Assembly: GCF_006345805.1 (NCBI RefSeq)
Contig: NC_043010.1
Location: forward strand, 67,270,001-67,334,000
Length of the DNA: 64,000 nucleotides
DNA from: Octopus sinensis
Taxonomy: Eukaryota
Reading direction: 5' to 3'
In this document: positions 36,580 through 46,927 of the stretch, piece after piece
Layout: every line of letters begins with the position of its first letter
How positions within the stretch are numbered: the stretch's first letter is position 1
Program-made: the position numbers and the translations under genes
The notes under the pieces: generated by a model
What the model was told of the DNA's origin: nothing
Seen by the model: the letters and a program-made list of their open reading frames with translations, nothing else
The model's database searches: none

Positions 36580-37590
36580 CAGGGTGCGTAAGGTATTTGA
36601 GGACATACCTTTTTGGGGTCACTGCTGCATTTTTTGCTAATTCTGTATAATCTTTGTTTCAAGAAATGAAGAAGCATGCTGTTATTGTGGTTATAATTTA
36701 GAAGTATCTTGATTTTTAAAAGTTGCCAGATCTTTTGTCTACAAAGTTTGTAAGGTGTTAGAGACTGAAGATGGAAATGTATCACCAGTATCAAAGCATA
36801 AAAAGCATTCTAAACACTCTGAAATCATCAGAACACCTGAATTTATCCAGCAAGGTAACAGACCACTGATTACAATCCCAGAAAATCCATGAGGTCAATT
36901 ACAAAAGATCTCCATGTGCCAGAAGGAACAATCAGAAATGTTGTCCACAAAGACATCAGATATAAATCTTATATGATGAGGAAAGGTCAATTTGTCAGAA
37001 AAAGCAAAAGAAAATCACTACATCAGATCTAAAAGGTTCCTAAACAAACTGAAAAATCCAACAGAATAAGATTCGATTTGGTTTTTCTCAAACGAGAAAA
37101 ACTTCGCCCAAGATCAAAAAGTTAACAGAAAAAATGACAGATGGTTATGTGCAGACCCTTCTGAAGTTCCAAGTGTTATGCATACAAAATTTCCTGCAAC
37201 TGTCATGGTTTTAGGGGTTGTCAACAATGAATGACATGTGATGTCTCCCTTACTTCTTTCCACAAGGCCTTAGAGTTAAATCTGTCGCCTACATTGAGGT
37301 CCTGGAAATAATTGTTAAGCTCTGGATAGACAGTGTGTGCAATGGAAGGTCATATGTGTTTCAGTAAGACTCTGCACTATCACACATGGCTCTAGTAACA
37401 CAGGAAAGGATGGCTGAAAATTTTCCTGATCACATAACCCTTAACATTTGACCTCCTAATTCCTCAGATCTCAATCCATTGGACTATTATATGTGGAGCA
37501 TTGTTGAGAGAGAGAGGTCAATGAACATGCCCATAACACCAAAGATTCTTTGAAAGCTGCCATAGTCAGGATAATGTCCAAAACAAACAA
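36580..37590 (+). mobile_element. Decayed Tc1/mariner-superfamily transposon, DD37D (maT) type
   Basis: ta|cagggtg left end; WFFSNEKNF, HTKFPATVMVLGVV, FQ*DSALSH...*PPNSSDLNPLDYYMW with exactly 37 residues between the last two D; stops and frameshifts; right TIR not seen. Confidence 0.85.
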
Positions 37591-37667
37591 ATAAATCATT
37601 ATCATTTGTATGTGATGATAAAAGAAATCATCATCATCGTCATCATTATTATTATTATTATTAGAGA

Positions 37668-37860
37668 AGCTAGCTGATTGAATCGTTAGCATGCTGGGCA
37701 AAATGCTTCATGGCATTTCATCTGTTTTTACATTCTGAATTCAAATTCCACTGAGGTCAACTTTGCCTTTCATCTTTTCAGGGTCAATAAATTAAGTACC
37801 AGTAATTGTCTAGCCCCCTGCCTCAGAATTTCAGGCCTTGTGCCTATAGTAGAAAGGATT
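37668..37860 (+). mobile_element. SINE family B
   Basis: gaatcgttagcatgctgggcaaaatgc...gtcaactttgcctttcatc. Confidence 0.7.
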
Positions 37861-37861
37861 A

Positions 37862-38335
37862 TTATTGAGTGAGAGAGCAATGCATGCCATCAAAGTGACA
37901 CTGGGGTAAAATATACGAAGCCCAGTATACCCATCATGACTACCTGTCTGATAAGGGTACACCAGGCACATGCATCACAACCATATGAGCAACATGGTGA
38001 TCTGATATCAAGATAAATAGTGCATGACATTGCAGGCAGGGCCCAGTTAGAATTTTCTTCTGGTCGAGTAGCCCATCCCATTCAAAAGGTCCCTGAATAA
38101 GGATTGTTTAAGGATGTTAAATGAACCACCCATGTTTGCAAAGGTGAATTATCTAAACCTCTATGAATTCCTCTCAACACATGGCTATGATGCTCCCCCG
38201 CTAATTCTGCTCGTGATCAGAGATGCACATATCGTCAGCCACTAAGGGACATGCTCAACTGGTTACGGTCAAGTAACTGACAAGCAAATCTGTGGTATTG
38301 AGCAGAATATTTGCTGTAGCCCATCTTTTATACCA
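37862..38335 (-). repeat. Probable interspersed repeat (SINE-like), unclassified
   Basis: Bounded by simple repeats; minus-strand end gcattgctctctcactcaataataat looks like a retroposon tail; no second copy in the window. Confidence 0.35.
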
Positions 38336-38454
38336 ATCATCAACATCATCACCATCATCATCATCATCATCACCATCACCATCATCATCATCATCCTCAT
38401 CATCATCATCATCATCACCATCATCATCAATATTATTGTTGTTGTTATTAATAA

Positions 38455-39085
38455 AGTGGCAGGCTGGCAGAATCGTTCGTTCATTGGACTGAATGCTCTG
38501 CAGTATTTCTTCCGGCTGTTTTATGTTCAGAGTTCGAATGTTGCTGGGGTCGACTTCGCTCCTCATTCTTTCGAGGTCAACGAAATAAAGTATCGATCAA
38601 GCACTAGAGGTCGATGTAATCGAATAACTTCTTCCCATTAAAATATTTGACCTTGTGCCAAGATTTGAAGGAAAGGGCAGTGAGTGAGCTGGCAGAATCG
38701 TTAGTGCGTCGGACAAAATGTTTATCGGAATTTTCCCCAGCTCTGTACCTTCTGGTTTCAAAATCCGCCCAAGTCGACTCTGCCTTTGATCTTCTCGCGG
38801 TTGTTGAAATGAGAGCTAATCGAACACTAGGGGCCAATGTAATCAACGAGACCCGTCCTCCCAAATTTCAGGCCTTGTGCCTTTAATAGAAAGGGTTATC
38901 GGAAAAACAGCGAGCTGGGGTGAATAGGTAGCGTTTGTGCCAGAACTCTTATGTTCCGTGTTCGAATCTTGCTGAGGTCATTTTTGCCTTTCACTCCTCT
39001 GGGGTTGATAAAATATAATACTGGTTAAGTCCTGGTGTCACAAGTATCGACAAACCCACCCCACTTGTGTCTAAATTAGAAACAA
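38455..39085 (+). mobile_element. Cluster of three diverged SINE family B copies
   Basis: gctggcagaatcgtt at ~38463 and ~38688, gagctggggtgaat at ~38912. Confidence 0.65.
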
Positions 39086-39098
39086 TTTTTATTAATAA

Positions 39099-39493
39099 CT
39101 AGCAGTATCGTCCGGCGTTGCTCGGATTTGTTTCGACCCTTTAGAATTGGAATTTTTGAAAAGTAAAAATTTTGCATTATATAGCTTGTTTATTCTCTTT
39201 TAAGTGAACATTTTTCTGGTTGAAATACACCGAAAAATGGTGACACAACAGTCAAAAAATCGTAAAAAATAGGGATTTTCATAGAAAAAAAAGCACCTTT
39301 TTGATGTAAATAATTTTTGGTGTTAACATGGTCCGATTTGAATTTTATCTTCTACGGAATAAAGAGCAAGCCTTCTTCTATCATACTCTCAATTTTGGCC
39401 AACTCGCACCGCAGGGTCTCGGAGGAAATAGTGTTAGTTGAAGGCTACCAAACCTGCCATACACAGACAACTTCAGCTTTATATAGAGAAAGA
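39099..39493 (-). mobile_element. Non-autonomous Helitron, apparently complete (395 bp)
   Basis: Minus strand A|TC 5' end (39493); 3' hairpin tccgagc-aac-gccgga followed by ctag|T (39099), i.e. an AT target. Confidence 0.7.
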
Positions 39494-40019
39494 TTTTATT
39501 TTAACGTCGACTTCACATTACAAGGGAAGCAACTCTTCTTACCTTAAACTTCTGCTTCTCTCCGTTGAATGGTCTTTGGTACCACAAGATTTCCAGATTG
39601 GTTTCCGATTCAGACACAAGGCTGGCAATGTTTAAGAAGTGGTTAGTTGATACCATCTGCCTCAGTAGTTTACTGGTACTTTATTTTATCGACCCTGGAA
39701 AGGTTAAAAGCAAGGTTGACATCGGTAGGATTCGATCTCGGAATGTAACAGAGTCGGAAGAAATACCGTAAAAACATTTATTCCGACTTTAAGGATTTTT
39801 GCCAGCTCACGACCTTGGTCAGGATAGGTAGAGGGTGTTTCATTGGGGTTCTTTAAATTTGGAGTTCAAATCCCTCCGAAGTCGACTTTGTCTTTCATCG
39901 ATTTTACTTGGTCTCCACTGCAACCTGGGATCGATGAAGTAAAATAAGGGCTTCGCTTTATTTAATATCCAAAAATAAAAATGGGAAAATGGAATGAAAA
40001 AAAAAGAAACTTTGTGTTT

Positions 40020-40135
40020 TTGTGTTTTATTTACTTTGCTTGGTAGTCGTTGTAGGACCGACTAGTCACGACTAGCTAGCGCAGATGTGCGAGTACGCGG
40101 TGCGCGCACCGGGACCACTCTTCTCAAGTAGTACC
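40020..40135 (-). mobile_element. Single end of the GGTAC-terminal MITE family
   Basis: Reverse complement of 53134-53230 (TIR plus subterminal region); partner end not found. Confidence 0.7.
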
Positions 40136-40448
40136 CTACTTTGTTGGGTGGAAAGTAATTTTCATCATCATTATAATTGTATTTTTACATCTCGTATAAA
40201 TCATTCGCTAATTTTTATATGTACCCCACGTCTGTGTTGTCTGTCCTCGTGGTGTCCCCTCTATATTTAGGGCTTTATGCCTAATAAAGAAAAGGGTTAA
40301 CAACTGATGCGACCAGTTTATTCCATGCTTCGACAAATCTGAGCCTGCAAAACTGCCGCGCTGCTTTTTGTTATATGTGTGCGTGTTTTTTTCTATAAAC
40401 GTGTCCACGGGTGGTGATGTTGAAATTCAAGAAGACAGTTGTCTAGAT

Positions 40449-40667
40449 CAGTGCTTTTCAAACTTTTTGCTGGAGCGGAACCCCAAGGAAACATTTCACT
40501 GGCTCGAGGAACCCCTGTGCAATAATTTAATAGTCTTATGCACACATATCTGCACAGGAGACTTAAAAATTACTGCCGATTTTAGCAGTTTTGTAACTTC
40601 TTGCGGAACCCCTGGACTGTACTGGCGGAACCCTAAGGTTCCGCGGAACCCTGGTTGAAAACCACTG
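40449..40667 (+). mobile_element. hAT-type MITE with perfect 8-bp TSD
   Basis: gtctagat|cagtgcttttcaa...ttgaaaaccactg|gtctagat. Confidence 0.9.
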
Positions 40668-41307
40668 GTCTAGATGTTGAAATTATAGTTTGTCGATGTC
40701 CAGAGAAGCAGGACGTTCGAGATATCGTGACTGATAGAGAGTGTTCGTGTGATTGCACGTCCCTGGACAGTTTCCAGTAGATCGATATTCTGAGGACACA
40801 CACAGAGTTAATTTACACCCGTCATTCATAATATATATATGAACGTAGCTAAGATTTGAACGAAACAATGATCAAAGACATTCCAACAGTGACGATCTCA
40901 TCTCTTTCTTTACGTATAAGAAAGCCAGGACTTTGTTATTTAACAATCTTTTTTTTTTTTAAGGTGATAGTGTATAGTCTGAGGGAGATTTGGTTGCCAT
41001 TTCTAGCCTAGTTGAGGGATCACATAGAAGCTCTTTCTTCAGGTCGTAAAGAAGATATTTGAACCAGAGGTTTCCCAGCAAAGTTTTCTGTAAAAACTCT
41101 TTATTTTTTCGCTTTTACGTCCATTTTCCATGCTCGCTGGTCAAAAAGTAGACGTATGTGGCAAGTATACAGGAGCAGTAAACAGTCAGAGCCCAGCCTT
41201 GGGAAAACCGGGCCCATGGGTTAGACAGATGTGTTATCAAAGTATTTCTTTTACAGACAGATGTCCTTCCTGTCATCTACTCTTACCTGCTTTGGAGTAA
41301 GAAATCT

Positions 41308-41726
41308 GGATCTTTTTGGTTTGAACGGCAGTTTTTTTCTAGCGGTGCCATATAAAATTGTCACCCATAATTATGACCCTCGTATCGATCTATTGCATTT
41401 CAATCTGTTTTAGGGTTGGGGTTAGGGGTGGGGGGAAGGGTATCTTTTTTTCTTCACAAATGTAAATAAACCCAATCTGTTTCTTAAACGAGGGACATAT
41501 TCATACGGCACAGAATGTTTTTTACCTCAATAGACGTCAGTGATTGGTTGAAATTGCAGAAACTGAAGAAAAACAACAACAAATATCTTACAAACTATAG
41601 AATTTTCCCAATAAAGCCAAGAGAAAAAGATGTTTTATAAACACATTCTACCAGTATACGAAGTTCAAAAGTGTTTAGTTACGTGGAAATTATTTTTAAA
41701 AACTGCCGGTCAAACCGAAAAGATCC
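41308..41726. mobile_element. MITE with GG termini and perfect 8-bp TSD (Merlin-like)
   Basis: agaaatct|ggatctttttggtttgaacggcagttttt ... aaaaactgccggtcaaaccgaaaagatcc|agaaatct. Confidence 0.85.
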
Positions 41727-41984
41727 AGAAATCTCATATTCTGCACGTCGTCAAGCATAGGTACGGGAAGCGGGGTGGGGTGGGGGGGTTAACTGAATGC
41801 ATTGACCCCCTCCTCTCTCCAGTTGCTTTCTGTGGGGAATGGAAGTATGTATATGCGTGTGTGGAGGCACAATGGCTCAGTGGTTAGGGCAGTGAATTTG
41901 CAGTTATGGGATCACGGTTTCAATTCCTAGACCAGGGATTGTGAGTGTTTGCATACAGCTCTATATATATTGTTTCTCTTCTAG

Positions 41985-42385
41985 GCACAAGGCCTGCAAT
42001 TTTAGAGGAGGGGATCTAGTAAAGCGCATTGACCCCCAGTACACAACTGGTAGTTATTTTGTTGACCCCCAAAAGGATGAAAAGCAAAGTCAACCTCGGT
42101 AGACACGTCTCTTTTATTCCACCAGACTTTGCATTGACCAATACCTTGTGTCCACACCTTTTTCTTTACTGCCCACAAGGGGCTACACACAGAGGGGACA
42201 AACAAGGACAGACAAACGAATTAAGTCGATTATATCAACCCCAGTGCATAACTGGTACTTATTTAATCGACCCCGAAAGGATGAAAGGCAAAGTCGACCT
42301 CGGCGGAATTTGAACTCAGAACGTAGCGGCAGCCGAAATACCGCTGAGCATTTCGCCTGGCGTGCTAACGTTTCTGCCAGCTCGC
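41985..42385 (-). mobile_element. SINE family B, dimeric form
   Basis: Two aaaggatgaaa(a/g)gcaaagtc modules joined by ggggacaaacaaggacagac. Confidence 0.8.
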
Positions 42386-42894
42386 AGCCTTGTGTCCACA
42401 CCAGTGCAGTCTTCTGTCCAGCAACCTTCAGCCAATTCCTCTTATATCTAGTTATATCTCTCAATTCGCTTATGCCTCATCATTACAATAACCTTAAATA
42501 CCCAGTGGAGCATCCTCACTTCATGTTTCTCAGCCTCCAAACATCCTCTGCATTCAATTCTTTCATTACCCATATTTCACTACCATGCAGCATCACACTT
42601 TGTACACAAGCATCAATCAATCTATCTTTTGCTCCACCGGGGGTCAACTTTGCCTTTCAGGGTTGATAAAATAAGTCTCAGTTGAGCAGAGGTGGGGGGG
42701 TCAATGCATTCAGTTAGCTCCCTCACTCCCCATACCTATAACAGAAAGGATTGCTAAGGCTGGGCTCTGACTGCTTATTGCTCCTGTATACTTGCCACAT
42801 ACAATGTCTACTTTCTTACCAGCCTGCATGTAACACCACAACACTTCTTGTGTACCTATAGTTTATTTTAGATACACTATGTGGAAATTTTGTG

Positions 42895-43197
42895 GAGGCA
42901 CAATGGCCCAGTGGTTAGGGCAGTGGACTCGTGGTTAGAGGATTGCGGTTTCAATTCCCAGACCGGGCGTTATGTGTGTTTATTGAGGAAAAACACCTAA
43001 AAATTCCACAAGCCCCGGCAGGAGGTGGTGGCGACCCCTGTTGTACTCTTTCGCCACAACTTTCTCTCACTCTCTCTTCCTGATTCTTGAGTAATGCTGC
43101 GATATAGTGGCATCCCGTCCAGCTGGTGGGGGGGAACACATACGCCACAGAAACTGGGAAACCGGGCCCATGAACCTGGCTAGGCTTGAAAAGGGCG
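42895..43197 (+). mobile_element. SINE family C, body type 1
   Basis: Colinear with 9890-10190. Confidence 0.8.
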
Positions 43198-43269
43198 ACG
43201 TTTATCATTTTTTTTTTATCGTATGTGGAAATTTTACCAACTCCTTTTCTGCTTGTCTAGCACTGACAT

Positions 43270-43665
43270 TTCCCAGATGGTAATGAGGTCCTGTCTTCTT
43301 TCCTACTTACCAAAATATTACTCTACTCAATTCTAGGTTCGGTTTCTAGAATTTCTTCTCTAAACCTTCCACAGGCTCAACTATGAGTGTTATGTCACCA
43401 ACATATTCAAGTTCTGACAGACAATCCGTCTCAAAGACCTTTGTTATGGCTTGGGGTACTATAAGGGGAGCGGAGAACTAAGCCATGATGAACACTTACC
43501 TGCATACTTAATTCCCCACTGAACTCATCGCCAACTCTCCCTTTGTCAAGTTATGCATATCTCTGTACATAGTTTGCACTGCTCTCACAAACCATTCACC
43601 TACACTGAATTTCCTGAAGGACTACCAGATGACAGAGCTTGATATCCAGTCAAAAGATTTTTCCA
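43270..43665 (-). mobile_element. Decayed RTE reverse transcriptase fragment
   Basis: EWFVRAVQTMYRD...RVGDEFSGELSMQVSVHHG...ELEYVGDI, the same RT region as 1630-2095. Confidence 0.65.
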
Positions 43666-43679
43666 GATTAACAACTCGT

Positions 43680-44035
43680 CGTGGCACTCCATCGGTTACA
43701 ACGATGAGGGTTCCAGTTGTTCCGATCAACGGAACAGCCAGCTCATGAAATTAACGTGCAAGTGGCTGAGCACTCCACAGACACGTGTATTCTTAACGTA
43801 GTTCTTGGGGAGATTCAGCATGACACAGAGTGTGACAAGGCTGACCCTTTGAAATACAGGTACAACAGAAACAGGAGGAAAGAGTGAGAGAAAGTTGTGG
43901 TGAAAGAGTACAGCAGAGTTCGCCACCCTGCCCTTCCAGAGGGCGCTTTAAGTGTTTTTGCTCTATAAACACTCACAACACCCAGTCTGGGAATTGAAAC
44001 CATGAGTTCGCTGCCCTAACCACTGGGTCATTGCG
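43680..44035 (-). mobile_element. SINE family C, body type 2
   Basis: Same head as 9890, different body after cctgtttct; matches 44285-44530. Confidence 0.7.
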
Positions 44036-44284
44036 TTTCCAGATCATTGAATACTAGGTAGACAAACTTAGTTTAAAAAATCTTGTGCAGTTGTCTCCCT
44101 AGGAAAAAAGATATATTCTGACCTCGCATGAATGCAAACTGCATCTCACCTCATCTGATTCGCTTCCTCATCAGTTGAGCCTAGACTGTTTCTTTTATTT
44201 TCATACCTTGGTCCTTTAGCTTGATATCTCTCTGGTTGCTGCTTTCTTGAGTTACTTTCTGTGTGAAATGGATGTATATGTGTG

Positions 44285-44530
44285 TGTGGAAATGGCCCAG
44301 TGGTTAGGACAGTGAATTTGCAGTTGTGGGATCGCAGTTTCAATTCCTAGACTAGGGGTTGCGAATGCTTATTGAGCGAAAAACACCTAAAGCTCCATGA
44401 GGCTCTGGTGGTGGCGAACCCTGTACTCTTTCACCACAACTTTCTCTTACTCTTTCTTCCTGTTTCTGTTATACCTGTATTTCAAACAGCCAGCCTTGTC
44501 ACTCACTGTATCATGCTGAATCTCCCCAAG
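44285..44530 (+). mobile_element. SINE family C, body type 2 (3' truncated)
   Basis: tggcccagtggttagg...cctgtttctgttatacctgtatttcaaa. Confidence 0.7.
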
Positions 44531-44563
44531 AAGGGGCCCTTAAAATACTACTGTGGATCCCCT

Positions 44564-44926
44564 CTCTTTTACTTGTTTCAGTCATTTGACAGCAGCCATG
44601 CTGCAACACCACCTTTAGTCAAGCAAATCAATCCCAGGACTTATTCTTTGTAAGCCTAGTACTTATTCTATCAGTCTCTTTTGCTGAACTGCTAAGTTAT
44701 GGGGATGTAAACACACCAGCATCGGTTGCCAAGCAATGAATACAGACACACAAACACGCATATATACATATAAACGACGGGCTTCTTTCAGTTTCCCTCT
44801 ATCAAATCCACTCACAAAGCTTTGGCCAGCCTGAGGCTATAATAGGAGACACTTGCCCAAGGTGCCACGCAGTGGGACTGAACCCGGAACCATGTGGTTG
44901 GTAAGCAAGCTACATACCACACAGCC
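44564..44926 (-). mobile_element. SINE family A
   Basis: Near full-length copy. Confidence 0.85.
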
Positions 44927-45177
44927 TATTTACTACTTTGTTGTGTGAAGCCCCAAAAGTCGTATACGGACCCTCAGGGGCTATATAGACCCCTGGTTAA
45001 GAACCAGTGATTTAGATTGAAACCTTGCATCAAATTTTCTTGTTATTAGTTTATATTTCTAAACACTAGCTTAATAATGACAATGTTATTTTAATAAATT
45101 TGTTATTTTCACAATTAATTGAAACAAAGCCATGTATTTCCATGTAAAGATGGTGAGAAAAGGGTTACAAAAACATC

Positions 45178-45595
45178 AATCATCCGTTTTCCATGCTAGC
45201 ATGGGTTGGATGGTTCGACCGGGGTCTGGGAAGCCAGGAGGCTGTGCCAGGCTCCAGTCTGATTTGGCTGGGTTTCTACAGCTGGATGCCCTTCCTAACA
45301 CCAACTACTCCATGAGTGTAGTGGGTGCTTTTTACATGCCACCGGCCACGATCAGTTGGTGCTTTTACGTGTCCCCGACACGGACACCAGTCAGGCGGCG
45401 CTGGCATCTGCCACGTTTGGACGGTGCTTTTTACGTGTCACCGGCACAGGTATCTTAACTACAATTTCCATTTGATTTTCATTTTGATGTTGGTGTTGAT
45501 GTACTTGACTCAATAGGTCTCCTCAAGAACAGTGGGTCTCTCTACGATCCAAGGTTAGCACAGCAGGCCGTCCTGCAAGCCATGAACTCACTTCA
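45178..45595 (-). mobile_element. RTE 3' UTR remnant with three modules
   Basis: Same family as 9335-9870. Confidence 0.8.
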
Positions 45596-45976
45596 TTTGT
45601 CGATTAATGTTAGTATGAATAAATTATGATGATGAAAGGAACAATTGAAATTTCAAAAATACAAAAAAATAAATAATATTAACAAAAATTATTTTTCAGT
45701 GGTGGTGCCCCAGCATGGCTGCGGCCTTCGGGCTAAAACATTTTTAAGGATTTAAAAAACATATCAAGCCAAGAACTGAGAAATAATTCTTCACATTTAT
45801 GACAAAAATTGTTCAACAAAAAAAAAAAAATATTACAAAAATTTCTGGTCTTTTAGAAAAGAACACAAAAAAATGTTACACCTAAAAATGTTTTTTGTAC
45901 AATTATTCTAACTAAAGATCAAATGTAACTTCAGTCCATTAAACTTTCGTTTTTCTACCTTCAAATAAGGCATACA

Positions 45977-45982
45977 TTTATT
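45977..45982 (-). terminator. Candidate polyadenylation signal of IK
   Basis: AATAAA on the minus strand ~950 nt after the stop codon, with U-rich sequence downstream. Confidence 0.35.
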
Positions 45983-46927
45983 TATATTCCAAAATAAATT
46001 TTTTTGTGGAGGAATACTGAAGATATGAATGGAAGTACATACACGTAGACAGGAACAACCTTCCAACAAAATACTAATAAAATTCAAGGACTGGCATCTG
46101 AACTAATTCTGTTCCAAATACACTGACAACGATGTGATGTTTGTTCCATGTACCCCAGCCGATCCTCTGCATCTGGACACCTGAAATTACACAACAGACA
46201 AGCAAATATGCACTCTTATATGTTGCTATGTGCAAATGTTGTACTCTTTACAAACCGAGTAAAGACGCCACATTATGATAATGCATTGTTCTTGCTTGTT
46301 AAAGACACACAAACACAGTCTTAAAAAGATACTTCCTTATGAACGTGGTTCTTTCATCTTTGTGTAGTCCACTTTGCTTAGGGAGCAGAACATCCATTTT
46401 ACCAAAGTCAGTAACAGTAAGGTATACCTTTAGTGATCATAGGTGACAAGGCATAGATTTTCAAATGAGAAAATACCAACATTTTCATTTGAAGTTTGCA
46501 GCTTCAAAACTGCCACATCTAATAGGTACACTGTCGATGTAAACGAATAAACTGAGTCATTTTGTGAGCATGAGTGAAGTGTTGAAAGTTAGAATAAAAA
46601 TTTGCAAGAAAAATCAATGAGATGATAATCCAACTTGGTATATATATTTACATATGTAATATATAAATATATGTACATATATCAATACATATTCTTCAAT
46701 ATATTATGTCTCTGTAAATGCATTCATATTTTCACATTCATTTTCTTTGCCATCTTCAGTTGATAAAGGCCTGGCTAATTCATAATTATATACACAATTA
46801 ATACAAATTGTAGAATATCCACATATATTGTTCATTATCCTTTCATTCAGACTGTATTAATACCATATTAGCTTTCATATACTTTGAATGTGTGTGAGGG
46901 TGAGCATATGTGTGTGTGTGAGTATAA

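Noticed and set aside
41411-41430. Interstitial telomere
   Set aside because: Only one or two degenerate TTAGGG-like units, inside a TIR/TSD-bounded MITE.
46104-46120. 17-nt exact match ctaattctgttccaaat with 2106-2122
   Set aside because: One short AT-rich match is plausible by chance in 64 kb, and the flanks do not extend.
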